From Octopus bimaculoides (lineage: Eukaryota), in assembly GCF_001194135.2 (NCBI RefSeq), contig NC_069000.1:30922792-30961549 (forward strand): a DNA stretch of 38,758 nt, written 5' to 3'. The position numbers were made by a program, and so were the translations under genes. Each line of letters begins with the position of its first letter. Positions within the stretch are counted from its first letter, which is position 1. The notes beneath the pieces were generated by a model, which had not been told where the DNA came from, ran no database searches, and saw only the letters and a list, made by a program, of their open reading frames with translations. Of this stretch, positions 1 to 11,700 are shown one piece after another.

Positions 1-70
1 TGGATTAGATATGTTTTTGTATAGGGAGCCCGGTGTAGCACATCCATGTTGTTATTCAGCCCGGTGCTAT

Positions 71-72
<2 letters not shown>

Positions 73-165
<93 letters not shown>
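73..165. repeat. (ATT)n microsatellite
   Basis: Perfect ATT run; explains the poly-Ile ORF 46..228. Confidence 0.98.
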
Positions 166-167
<2 letters not shown>

Positions 168-168
168 T

Positions 169-365
169 GAAGGCGGTGAGGTGACAGAATCGTTAGCACG
201 CCACGAAAAAACGCTTAGTGTTATTTAGCACGACTTCACGTTCTGTGTTCAAATTCCGCTGTTGGTCGATAAATTAAGTACCAGTTACATAATGGTATAT
301 ATAAGATATAATCGACTAGTTCCCTGCCCCAAAATTCCAGGCATTGTGCCTATATTAGAAACGTT
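169..365 (+). mobile_element. tRNA-derived SINE, family A (octopus OK/MetaSINE-like), internally shortened
   Basis: Head gaaggcggtgaggtgacagaatcgttagcacgcc, B-box-like gttcaaattcc, middle gtcgataaattaagtaccagt, tail ccccaaaattccaggcattgtgcc. Co-linear with the copies at 37909 and 36061. Confidence 0.85.
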
Positions 366-789
366 AGTTATTACTATTATTTCATTATCATTATTATAGT
401 TGTTGTTGTGTTTATGGCGAAGGAGATGGTGTTGGTGAACGAAATAGAAAGTCCTGAAGACAGATATTTTGCTCCTCGGAAAATGGAAAATGAGGGTGGA
501 GAGGAAAGTACTGCTCTCCACCACTACCACCACCACCACTACACCCACCACGTTTGTTGGAAGATGGGTGAGTGTGGCGAGGATGAATCGTGTGGATGGA
601 CCTACTTGTAAACTGGAGGAGTTGAGAGGTGGAGAGTTACTGAAGCCTACCTGGTGATCGATGTAACCAGGATGTATGGGGTTCCTTGGTTGTCCCTGTG
701 TTAGGAACTCCCCACTTTAGGCAACTTTTATTGTTTAACTTTTTTGTCAATTGTTATTGTTATGATTATATACGACATTGTGCCAAGAC

Positions 790-860
790 CTACTTGTCCC
801 TTGTGTTATATTGTCCCTATTTGTTTTGTGTTCGGCACTTATGGCCAATAAAGAAAACAT
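790..860 (+). mobile_element. 3' tail remnant of a SINE family A variant
   Basis: tgtccct...cttatggccaataaagaaa resembles the sense 3' tail of the copy at 36061-36285 (tgtcccctctatgtttagccccttgtgggcaataaagaaa). It is followed by (ATT)n. Confidence 0.45.
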
Positions 861-894
861 TATTATTATTACTATTATTATTATTAGCATCCTT

Positions 895-965
<71 letters not shown>

Positions 966-978
966 CATCATCATCATA

Positions 979-1021
<43 letters not shown>
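860..1021. repeat. Compound (ATT)n-(ATC)n-(ATT)n microsatellite
   Basis: Directly visible; source of the poly-S, poly-M and poly-I ORFs. Confidence 0.97.
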
Positions 1022-1023
<2 letters not shown>

Positions 1024-1034
1024 TGTTTAATAGC

Positions 1035-1330
1035 TTCATGTGAATTTCTACTCTATCAGCTGAGTTATTTCCGTGAGACACAGGTGGCTGTGCATGAGTC
1101 TTACTGTCCTATGATGTTTAAACTTGCTTGTGGTGCTTAAGTTCTCTTTAGTGTTCCCTCTGTTGTGTAAAATATGCGCAATGTCCATTGCGTTGTTTTG
1201 TTTTGTACTGAGTATGGGTTGGATGATTGTTGTTAATGCGTTTCACAGTCACACAATGATAATCTCCAGTCTGTGTTATGGCGCGGCTGGTTATGATATA
1301 TTAAACGAGTTTGTATAGTGTAGAACGTAG
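1035..1330 (-). mobile_element. Decayed 3' end of an RLE-type (R4/Dong-like) LINE
   Basis: Minus strand of about 1160-1192 reads AMDIAHILHN, resembling the terminal LxGTAHILRK motif. A short 3' UTR and an (AAT)n tail follow in the sense direction. Confidence 0.45.
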
Positions 1331-1439
1331 TCTACGTTGGTTACCGATGCAGTATTTCCAGGTATCAGTGACATAACAATATGTATTGTGTTACACTCTA
1401 GACTCTTGATCGAAGTCTGTAATGTATAGAATATGTTAT

Positions 1440-1760
1440 TTTATTGGTCGGTTATTGTATAAGGAACAATATGTGTGCAGTGTTGTTGTAATTCAATTGA
1501 AAGGGTAATGGGCAGGATGTTGGCCGGGCCCAGTATAGTTATTTTTAGGATTATATATATTACATTGTGATCCTTGCCATGAGGCGTATATTTTGGCTCA
1601 TATTTATTATTATACATTGTCTTCCTTATATTATTGGGCATCAGTTCAGTAATAATATATACAATAATATATTCCCATGCTCTACATCAATGTTTATTTC
1701 AGTTTCATATTTCTCTAGTCTTGATAATATCTATTTCCTTTATTGCAATATTTGATGAGA
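1440..1760 (-). mobile_element. Decayed C-terminal RLE-domain fragment of an R4/Dong-like LINE
   Basis: ORF 1441..1641 ends IYIILKITILGPANILPITLSIE, matching the NIYNIQKIALLGTAHILRKTLSI-type C-terminus of RLE-encoding LINEs (recalled family motif, not a database hit). Confidence 0.6.
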
Positions 1761-1764
1761 AAAA

Positions 1765-1955
1765 GGCACGGCGGACAAAATGCTTAGCGGCTTTCGTCTG
1801 TCTTTACGTTGAGTTCAAATAACGCCAAAGTCGATTGTAGCCTTCATCCTTCCGGGGTCGATAAAATAAGTACCAGTTGAGTACTAGGGTCCATCTAATC
1901 GACTTAGCCCGCTCCTTCAAACTTGCTGGTCTTGTGACAAAATTTGATACCAGTA
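1765..1955 (+). mobile_element. SINE family A, 5' eroded
   Basis: gcacggcggacaaaatgcttagcgg...gagttcaaat...ccttcatccttccggggtcgataaaataagtaccagt...atctaatcgact...cttgctggtcttgtg. Confidence 0.85.
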
Positions 1956-2037
1956 TTTGATAAGAAAGGTTTTTCCTTGACCACTTCAACAGTTCTATAT
2001 AGGTATGCTCCATGCCTCAGATGATTGTATCCAGACC

Positions 2038-2109
2038 ATGGACAAATGGCGAGTTTGGTTCGTATTTATAACATTTCTCGTGTATCTTCACCGAAGTTTT
2101 GGCATGCAG
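2038..2109 (+). CDS. Candidate first coding exon of a secreted or membrane protein (signal peptide MDKWRVWFVFITFLVYLHRSFGMQ)
   Basis: Kozak-like agACCATGG at 2035-2041. 24 open codons give a basic n-region, a hydrophobic core VWFVFITFLVYL and a small-residue SFG cleavage-like site. Consensus donor CAG|GTGAGT at 2110 (phase 0). Possible acceptor ctccatgcctcag at 2020. No homologue recognised. Confidence 0.5.
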
Positions 2110-2416
2110 GTGAGTGGTCAATGCTAGTGACTCAATTGTATTTGTGTAGTTATTGGAAGATGGCAACAGCTAATCAGATAGTGATGCAACGGATCATTCT
2201 AATGCTTCAATAATCTATATCCACAATATATTTTAATGAAATCATTCTTTGTTGTATGTGGTTAATTTATGGTCCTGCACTGCTAGTATCGGATCTATAT
2301 CTGATATTATTTATAGCTTTAGATACATTGTTAGTGGACTTCCTGTCAGATGTGTGTTGTGAGAAATTCGCCACTGAGTGGGTTTTTCCCCTTTATATTA
2401 TTAACATAGAAACAGT

Positions 2417-2427
2417 TTATTATTATG

Positions 2428-2501
<74 letters not shown>

Positions 2502-2511
2502 CATTATTATT
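2417..2511. repeat. (ATT)n microsatellite
   Basis: Direct; source of the poly-Y ORF. Confidence 0.97.
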
Positions 2512-2772
2512 AACATTATTGTTGTTCCAGCAGTTGTTTTTGTTTCTGATGCTGCTGCTTTTTGCTAATGGGTGAGTTAAATACCAACAAGAATGACGAC
2601 TGAATTAACTCATTAATTAATTCAGTAATTGCATTTCACAATACTTGGGTGGGGATTCGATATGTATGTGTGTGTGTGTGTGTGTGTGTGGGTATGATAT
2701 ACTTATGTGTGTACACAGGTATATTATATATATATATATACACATATATATATATAACATATGATATATATG

Positions 2773-3186
2773 TTCTTTTATTCTCTTGTTCTTTTACTTG
2801 TTTCGGTTATTTGACTGCAGCCTCGTTGGAGCATTGCGTTTAGTCAAACAAATCGACCCCGGAGTTATTATTTGTAAGCTTATTACTTATCCCAAGTGTC
2901 TCTTTTGCCGAACTGCTAAGTTGCGGGGGGGACGTAAGCACATCAATATCGGTTGTCAAGCAGTGGTGGGGGAACAAACAGACACACAAGCTCACACACA
3001 CACACACACACATACATATATATATATGACAGGCTTCTTTCAGTTTCCCTCTCTACCAAATCCACCCACAAGGTTTTGGTCAACCCGAAGCTATAGTAGA
3101 AAACACTTGCCCAGGGTGTCACGCAGAGGGACTGAACCCGGAACCATGTGGTTGGGAAGCAAGCTTTTTACCACAGAGCTACTCTT
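2773..3186 (-). mobile_element. CORE-type SINE, family B (octopus OR-like), with internal (CA)/(TA) array
   Basis: Reverse complement of the 34966-35590 copy. Head aagagtagctctgtggtaaaaagcttgcttcccaaccacatggttccgggttcagtccc, CORE-like ccctgggcaagtgtttt, tail ending acaagtaaaaga. Confidence 0.9.
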
Positions 3187-3216
3187 GTGACTATTATTTA
3201 TATATGCACATATATC

Positions 3217-3256
<40 letters not shown>

Positions 3257-3371
3257 TGTGTTTGTGTGTGTGTGTGTGCACAGAATCATTCATCTGAAAT
3301 GTTACACTTGTACATGAAGGATAATTTTTGAATAAGTTCACTCACCTGAGTGATTTACTTAACTAGTTACA

Positions 3372-3415
<44 letters not shown>

Positions 3416-3629
3416 GATGATGAGTATTAAAAATTGTAATATATGTGTACCAGTATTTGTGTGTGTTCGCACCAGGGTGTGTGTGTGTGTGTGGTGGTGG
3501 TGGGGAGGGGTTGTTGCTACGCTAAGGATTTGAATTCGACAAGAGTTTCTGAAGAAGTCCTGGGACCATCTACAAAATTAGAGTGAGAGGCTGGGAAATG
3601 AGTTAAATAACTAACTATCTGCTACTTAC

Positions 3630-3669
3630 CGACCATAAATCGGAGTTTTACGCTATCAATGCATACCAG
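3630..3669 (-). other. Candidate 40-nt exon on the minus strand (LVCIDSVKLRFMV+G in the only open frame)
   Basis: Acceptor tctttccacaaacacag and consensus donor G|GTAAGTA on the minus strand. No homology recognised. Confidence 0.22.
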
Positions 3670-3799
3670 CTGTGTTTGTGGAAAGATTTAATAAATTCTA
3701 TTTGAATAATTAGAAATAAATATCTATAAAATACGTTCCAATTCGCACAAGAATTTGGAGAGGTTCTTTCAAAATTCATAATTATTATCAGTATGATTA

Positions 3800-3800
3800 C

Positions 3801-3852
<52 letters not shown>
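3800..3852. repeat. (CAT)n microsatellite
   Basis: Direct. Confidence 0.95.
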
Positions 3853-3972
3853 GTCTTCGACATCTCTATCGGCAGTAGCAACAATGCTATAGTTAGCTTT
3901 ACTATTTCAAAACTATATACATATTAACATATTTACACATATAATGAAACAAAAAAAAGAATACATACATAC

Positions 3973-4063
<91 letters not shown>

Positions 4064-4167
4064 CACAAATATATATATATANNNNNNNNNNNNNNNNNNN
4101 NNNNNNNNNNNNNNNNNNNNNNNNNNNNNNNNNNNNNNNNNNNNNNNNNNNTCCCTAAGTAAAAGAA

Positions 4168-4335
4168 ATGGTTGTTAGTAGAATTGTTAGAGCGTTGGAA
4201 AAAGTACCTTGTTCATTCGTTCCCATTGTTTGCATTTTAAGTTCAAATCCTTTCGATATCAACTTCCCTTTTCATCATTTCGGGTTCAATATAATATGTA
4301 ACCATTCAAGTACTGACGCTGATATACTCGACTAG
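4168..4335 (+). mobile_element. Old, diverged SINE family A copy
   Basis: agaattgttagagcgttggaaaaagtacc...aagttcaaatcc...tttcatcatttcgggttcaatataat; same motif order as the younger copies. Confidence 0.55.
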
Positions 4336-4653
4336 ATCCTCTCCACCTATGCATCTGACCTTCTGCCTAATTTGAAATAATTATTATAATTATTTGTAGT
4401 AGTAGTAATAGTAGTAGTTTTAGTAGTTGTGGCGGTGGTCATGGTGGTGGTAGTAGTATTTGCTGTTGCTACTGTAGGTGTAACGACATTGAAATGAGTT
4501 TCACGGTCAGCGTTTTTGGTCTACAGTCGTCAAGTTCGAATCCAGATACATCATACAAGGCATATAACAAATTTATCATATATTAACATGGTATTAATTA
4601 AGAATTTCAATAATGACACACGCATTCACACACTCACGCAAGGAAACATATAA

Positions 4654-4690
<37 letters not shown>

Positions 4691-6576
4691 AAGGAGAGAC
4701 GCAGGGACAGAAAAGAAGGAAAGAAAGATGGTGAGAGAGACAGATGGATGGATACATACACGAACGTATGTATACGTTGTTACACATACACAAACATGCA
4801 CAGATACGAAAGTATAGGCACGTTGATGTCAAGTGTTTGTCAGAGAGAGAATGAGAGAGAAAAAGCTTTTGTGTACAGTTTTGTGCACATGTGGTCGTGT
4901 GTATAAACGTGGATGTTCGTGTGAGGGAGAGCTTGTTATTTATGTCTGAATGTGTTGAGGTGGTGAACTAAGTCAACAGAAAACACGGAAGTAAATCTCC
5001 TCAAATCATAAATTTACATATATACAGACACACAGACACACCTGCGCGTATTTATATATGTATTTATATGCATATATATATATATATATATATATATANN
5101 NNNNNNNNNNNNNNNNNNNNNNNNNNNNNNNNNNNNNNNNNNNNNNNNNNNNNNNNNNNNNNNNNNNNNNNNNNNNNNNNNNNNNNNNNNNNNNNNNNNN
5201 NNNNNNNNNNNNNNNNNNNNNNNNNNNNNNNNNNNNNNNNNNNNNNNNNNNNNNNNNNNNNNNNNNNNNNNNNNNNNNNNNNNNNNNNNNNNNNNNNNNN
5301 NNNNNNNNNNNNNNNNNNNNNNNNNNNNNNNNNNNNNNNNNNNNNNNNNNNNNNNNNNNNNNNNNNNNNNNNNNNNNNNNNNNNNNNNNNNNNNNNNNNN
5401 NNNNNNNNNNNNNNNNNNNNNNNNNNNNNNNNNNNNNNNNNNNNNNNNNNNNNNNNNNNNNNNNNNNNNNNNNNNNNNNNNNNNNNNNNNNNNNNNNNNN
5501 NNNNNNNNNNNNNNNNNNNNNNNNNNNNNNNNNNNNNNNNNNNNNNNNNNNNNNNNNNNNNNNNNNNNNNNNNNNNNNNNNNNNNNNNNNNNNNNNNNNN
5601 NNNNNNNNNNNNNNNNNNNNNNNNNNNNNNNNNNNNNNNNNNNNNNNNNNNNNNNNNNNNNNNNNNNNNNNNNNNNNNNNNNNNNNNNNNNNNNNNNNNN
5701 NNNNNNNNNNNNNNNNNNNNNNNNNNNNNNNNNNNNNNNNNNNNNNNNNNNNNNNNNNNNNNNNNNNNNNNNNNNNNNNNNNNNNNNNNNNNNNNNNNNN
5801 NNNNNNNNNNNNNNNNNNNNNNNNNNNNNNNNNNNNNNNNNNNNNNNNNNNNNNNNNNNNNNNNNNNNNNNNNNNNNNNNNNNNNNNNNNNNNNNNNNNN
5901 NNNNNNNNNNNNNNNNNNNNNNNNNNNNNNNNNNNNNNNNNNGTATGAGTGTGTGTGAGTGTGTGGGTTGATATATGTTGTGCCGCTTGCGAAATAGATA
6001 ATTCAATAATTAAAAAAAAAAAAAGGGAAGAAATAAAGAAAACAAAATACCAGAAGCACGCCAATGCTATTGCCGAAGATATATTCAAATACGCCTACAC
6101 CCAAAAACCGTAGAACCGCAGCACGCTTCTTGTTGTATTCTATTGAATATTGTAAGGAGAAATCAATCTGTTCCAGAATTCCCTCACATGGTGGCAGCAC
6201 TAGTGAATTTACTGTTTTGTCCGCAGCGAAGTAGTTACGACTTGTATTCCATAGTTCTGTAGTTCTTGCGCTGCCACATCGCTTGTGCTGACAGACTTAA
6301 CATTATGTCCGTCCGTTTATCTGTTTGTCTGTCTGCGCGATATTTCTTCTGTCTATTATATGTATTTAGTTATTTATATCATTTTTTTCCTCTAAACATG
6401 TCTCGTCTGCTATTATTTTTTCTTCCTTTTTTTTTTTAACACTCTCATGATTACTCTTATCTCGTCGTTCTCTCTATCACTCTTTCCGGCGCACTTTCTT
6501 TCTCTCTCGCGCGCGTTCCTACTCTGTCTCATTTCTATCACTTTTCTCTCACTCTCTCTCCCTCCATCTATGTGTG

Positions 6577-6615
<39 letters not shown>

Positions 6616-7639
6616 TAAATAATATATATATAAATATTTATGCATATATACTTACGTATAAGTACATAGTTACATCTACACGTATATATAAATACTTATA
6701 AATTGAGTTATTAATATTTCTAAGTCTCCCTAATTTTGGGACTGCCATGTTGGCTTGGCGATAACTATTAATAAATATATATATATATATATANNNNNNN
6801 NNNNNNNNNNNNNNNNNNNNNNNNNNNNNNNNNNNNNNNNNNNNNNNNNNNNNNNNNNNNNNNNNNNNNNNNNNNNNNNNNNNNNNNNNNNNNNNNNNNN
6901 NNNNNNNNNNNNNNNNNNNNNNNNNNNNNNNNNNNNNNNNNNNNNNNNNNNNNNNNNNNNNNNNNNNNNNNNNNNNNNNNNNNNNNNNNNNNNNNNNNNN
7001 NNNNNNNNNNNNNNNNNNNNNNNNNNNNNNNNNNNNNNNNNNNNNNNNNNNNNNNNNNNNNNNNNNNNNNNNNNNNNNNNNNNNNNNNNNNNNNNNNNNN
7101 NNNNNNNNNNNNNNNNNNNNNNNNNNNNNNNNNNNNNNNNNNNNNNNNNNNNNNNNNNNNNNNNNNNNNNNNNNNNNNNNNNNNNNNNNNNNNNNNNNNN
7201 NNNNNNNNNNNNNNNNNNNNNNNNNNNNNNNNNNNNNNNNNNNNNNNNNNNNNNNNNNNNNNNNNNNNNNNNNNNNNNNNNNNNNNNNNNNNNNNNNNNN
7301 NNNNNNNNNNNNNNNNNNNNNNNNNNNNNNNNNNNNNNNNNNNNNNNNNNNNNNNNNNNNNNNNNNNNNNNNNNNNNNNNNNNNNNNNNNNNNNNNNNNN
7401 NNNNNNNNNNNNNNNNNNNNNNNNNNNNNNNNNNNNNNNNNNNNNNNNNNNNNNNNNNNNNNNNNNNNNNNNNNNNNNNNNNNNNNNNNATATATACCAT
7501 CGTATACATGCATGCATTTCATACACAGAAACACATACCCCCCCGCACTTACACACACATCAATACACACATCTAGATATATGTATATTTATGTGTGTAT
7601 GGATATATATATATATATATATATATATGCATATGTGCT

Positions 7640-7978
7640 GAGACCCCACTTCGTTCATGACTGACCATGGGATTGCACCTAGAAAGTTACCCTCTCAGGC
7701 ACAAGTCCGGGCAAGGTTATTTATGGAAGACCAGCAGTCGCCCATGCATACCGGCCTCCGGCCTCCGCTCTCCACGCTACCAATGTCATCCAAAGGAATG
7801 GCAAGGGCCGATACAGCTTGCAGTGACGTCGTAACTCATTTCTACAGCTGAGTGAACTGGAGCAACGTGAAATAAAGTGTCTTGCTCAAGAACACAACAC
7901 GCAGCCCGGTCCGGGATTCGAACTCACAACCATACGATCGTAATCTCGACGCTCTAACACTGAGCCATGCGCCTTCAC
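7640..7978 (-). mobile_element. tRNA-derived SINE with CORE/Deu-like domain (third family)
   Basis: Minus strand: gtgaaggcgcatggctcagtgttagagc (A box), gagttcgaatccc (B box), then ttcttgagcaagacactttatttcacgttgctccagttcactcagctgtagaaatgagt. Confidence 0.88.
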
Positions 7979-8299
7979 ATGCATATATATATATATATAT
8001 GTGTGTGTCTGTTTATATATATATATACATATATATATATTTGAGCATTTATTTTGTTTCACACTTGGCATATGCGCAAATATGTTCTTGTGCGTATATG
8101 TATATATAAGAGTATATTTGTATTTATGTATGAGAATGAATGTTCTCTTGTGTGTGTATATTACAAAAGTATTTCACTGACTTTCACTATAGCTAAATTA
8201 AATTATCCAAATTTATTTAGTCATTCAAAAAATTTAATAACTTCTATTTAAGTGTTCAAGACATGATCCTGTTATTGGCTTTATGTCGAATGACTTTCT

Positions 8300-11200
8300 A
8301 CTTCTAATTTCTATTATTATCAATTTCAACTAAGAAGCCAATGACCAGTAAGTCATTGTCATTCGGGTTGTATTTAAGGAAAATACTAAAGTTGATCGAT
8401 CATGAAGATGAAGCCACCTCTACCAGCCACTGCCATCTCAACATTTACTCCGAGACACCATCAAAGATAAAGCCAACAGGAATACAATATACCCAACTAA
8501 ATACACGAAAACTTATCCTGCAATAAAGACCTGCCATCTACGGTTAATGCTGCAGTTATTCCTTGTTTCGACTTTGCTCATTCCTTTTCTTATTTCTGTT
8601 TCTTTTTCCTCAGTAGGGGTTCTTAATTTTTTTTTACCTGTAGACCCCTTTCATTCTTCTTTTACTCTGGTGGACGTCCATAGCCATTTGATGCTTAAAG
8701 AAATCCTATAATATCTTTATAATGTAATTATAAAGATTCATTAGTAATTGTATTTTTAAAAATGTTAAAATATTTTGTGTATTTTAAAAGTATAACCAAT
8801 TTATTGGCAGATAAATTTTATCAACAAAATCACGTATGGACCCTCAGGGGCCATGTGGACACCAGCTGGGAACCATCTCTGTAAAGGTTCTTGGCATCGA
8901 TTCAGCACTAGTGTCTGTAACTCCATTTTTAGGACAGTATTTTGTTTCAAAATTCTGTTATGCTTCTATTTTCACTTCACATTTCTCTCTTATGTACATC
9001 CCTATTTTTGTTTGTTATTCGTTTAAAGGCAGAAAACAATCCTCGATCATCTTCATGTTTTGTAGCCCTTTGCTGTTATTTTTCCATAATTTTGTAATTG
9101 TAATGTTTACGTTCAGTACATATTTGATATTAACATTATTGCAACACCTTTCTTATTCCCTCCATATTAAATATCATATTCGCTGTTAGACGTTAAGCAG
9201 GATTTTCTAAATGCATTCATTTTTCTTTTCTTTTTCTTGCCTTGCTTTTTTTCATTAATCTATTAAGCTTCATATCTATAATTTATTACTGACATAGCTG
9301 TAGGTGTTTATTGCCATATTCTATGCATGTAATTCTGTTCTAAAAATTAATTTGATGCATCTCAAAAATATTCCTCTCTACTATTTCATATGTCTGTTGT
9401 ACTTTACATAGTTCATTGACTCTAGCAGTCACGGTTAAACCAATCACGGTTGTGATTGGCTTAACTCCCTTATTTCTATTCAATTATCTAAACATGATGC
9501 TTGTGTTTATTTCCCTGTTCAGAGCTATTTTGGTGAATATCTTAATCCAAATCACACATCAATTCCTCTACTAAATCAGTTTACCCTTTGTGGGGAACTT
9601 GTTAATCGAATTCAATGAACAACATGAGATCACCATATACATAAGATGGTTGACTGACTTCCCTTAGTATCTCTATTCAAGCCCCATCTAGATTAACAGG
9701 CTAGTTACAGATACTGCAATATGGTAGAAAAGGCAAGCGGTTGTCCGAGATGCGGTCCCCATCATACACGTCCCAAATTCATTTTCTAATCTTTATCTGC
9801 AAACGCCATCAACTGTTCAATCCCAACCATCCACACACTTTTCTTTTTCGTTATGTATTCCTCACCAATAATATTGATGCAAAGGAGTAATTAATCTTTA
9901 TACAGCTATTAGCGTTCCTATTTTTATTTCTACTCTTTTGGAACTATGCTATTTTTTTTTCAATATGTGGATATTTATGCTCTACAATTTTCTTGCAGTT
10001 AAAGTTTTGTTAGCTGAAAGAAAAACAAGTTAAGGGTTTGTAGCTTGACGATTTCTCACATCACTAAATTTGGTAACTCAGTTTCCTTATTAAATGCGCC
10101 AATCAGATACTTTACTTTTGTAGTGCCTGGGCTAAATTTTGAGATGATATAGCATTACAGGATTGATCAAGACCTGCGTATTTTATCCATTCATCCTTGT
10201 CCATTCTATTTTCTGTTTTCCTCCATTTCTAACTTTCTTATTGTTTCTATTGCATTGATTTCCAATTTTTTAAATCTAGTTCGTGATAATTTTGATGCGT
10301 ATTGGAATCGAACTCTCTTTTTATTGAAAGAATCGATGTATATACAGAATTAGTGAGGATCTCTTCTTTCAAGTGTTCTTTGATGTCGATTGCAATGATT
10401 GCTTTGCAATGATATATTTCGGTAATATTTTTGTATGCTGGTTCTTCATATCTTGCACTTGAGTTTTATTATATCTTTTGTATAGTAGTAAATCTTGAGT
10501 GAGTAGCTACTTTCATTTTGTAACAACTATGACTGCTACCTATATTTCAATTAATTTGCTAAAATTGATATTCTTTTCGAATTTCACTGCACTAGCCCGT
10601 GTTGCTGCTGTTTTATCTAAGTGATTTTACTTGAGTCATAGGATGAGATTTAATCATATAATTCTGAAATTATTTTCAGTTTTATACTCTTATCTTCATG
10701 ACTTCTATCTTTAGGTTTTTCTGTTCCTAAATCTTTTATATTAAATGCATAATTTTTCTTTGTTTCGGTGTTTGTTGGTCAGTGTTCTCTAGATTTTGGT
10801 TGGTTTCCATTTTGTCATAGTTCGTGTTTTAAACTTGCTAAATTTATATTTCTGGTTTACTTTCTCCATTTTCGTTGTTTTGTCTTGCTTCCTACTTTTA
10901 TTTATGTTGTATTCGGGGTGGGGGTAGGGTGTTTAATTTACAATGCTGACACTTTTCTTCATTTGACAATGTTTTTTTTTAGTGTATACAGCTATATTTA
11001 GGGATCCAGAGAAACGTGAAATTCAAGCAGTTTTTCAAGCCTTGTTTACTCTTCATATTTATTATCTTATTTCGGTATATTGTTTTTTGTGTGTTCTTTG
11101 TTTTAATATCTGTTGTCTTCGTTATTTTCCCACGTCTCTATCTTCTCATCATATTTAGGTTCTCCATATACTGCCACACTAGTTTCTTGGTATGTTTGCG

Positions 11201-11700
11201 ATGCATTATCCCTCCTTATCGATATTAAACATCAGATACACTATTGTTTTCCTATTCCAGTCAATGGTGCTTATTTTCTAAATACTGGCCAATGTTTCCT
11301 GTAAATTCTTCTTCAGTGGCATAGGGAATCCATTCACCTCTGTTTCTTGAAAAACTGAAGCATGTCAAATTCCTCTTTGCCTGTTTTTCTTGGAATAATT
11401 CGTCGAGCAGAAAAACACTTGTGACATACCATCTTTTCTTTTCTTTAAAGGAGTTAACCCTTACTTAGTGTTTCATATATGTTAGCAACAATTGCAAAGA
11501 TTAATTACTGCTATTATTACTTTCCTTATTAAAGCTTGTTCTATCACCGTATGTGATTGTCATGTTCTTTTCCGATTTTCCTGTTTATTGTGTTTTAAAG
11601 TAACTTTTATTTCAAAAATTTCGAAATTTTGCTACCAATTTGTCGTTCCCTTAAAGGTGTTCATATTTAATCACTATCAAAACAGACATAATGAATAAAA
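8300..11700 (-). mobile_element. Long, heavily decayed RLE-type (R4/Dong-like) LINE
   Basis: Minus-strand motifs appear in the correct order despite frameshifts: GDRIS (QGDxLS) near 9745-9760; VNHLMYM-[D]-DLMLF (YMDD) at 9617-9654; FGL...TKIALNR near 9510-9555; AINTY near 9295-9315; and a degenerate CCHC-like AG-C-P-xMA segment near 8840-8890. Boundaries are approximate. Confidence 0.75.

Noticed and set aside
46-1140. Poly-I, poly-S and poly-M ORFs
   Set aside because: Translations of ATT/ATC microsatellites.
2533-2575. Possible micro-exon QLFLFLMLLLFAN with GTGAGT donor
   Set aside because: The sequence is a decayed GTT/GCT simple repeat, so the hydrophobicity is compositional.
3340-3353. 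cactca-cc-tgagtg palindrome containing a minus-strand CAG|GTGAGT
   Set aside because: There is no acceptor or open exon upstream on that strand, and the stem is short enough to be chance.
4480-4545. tRNA gene at the gttcgaatcc B-box
   Set aside because: No acceptor stem or cloverleaf; at most an eroded SINE head.
5006-7576. Long ORFs of 259-360 aa
   Set aside because: They are open only because they run through N-gaps; the same applies to the ORFs at 14386-16250, 26404-26874 and 33258-33861.
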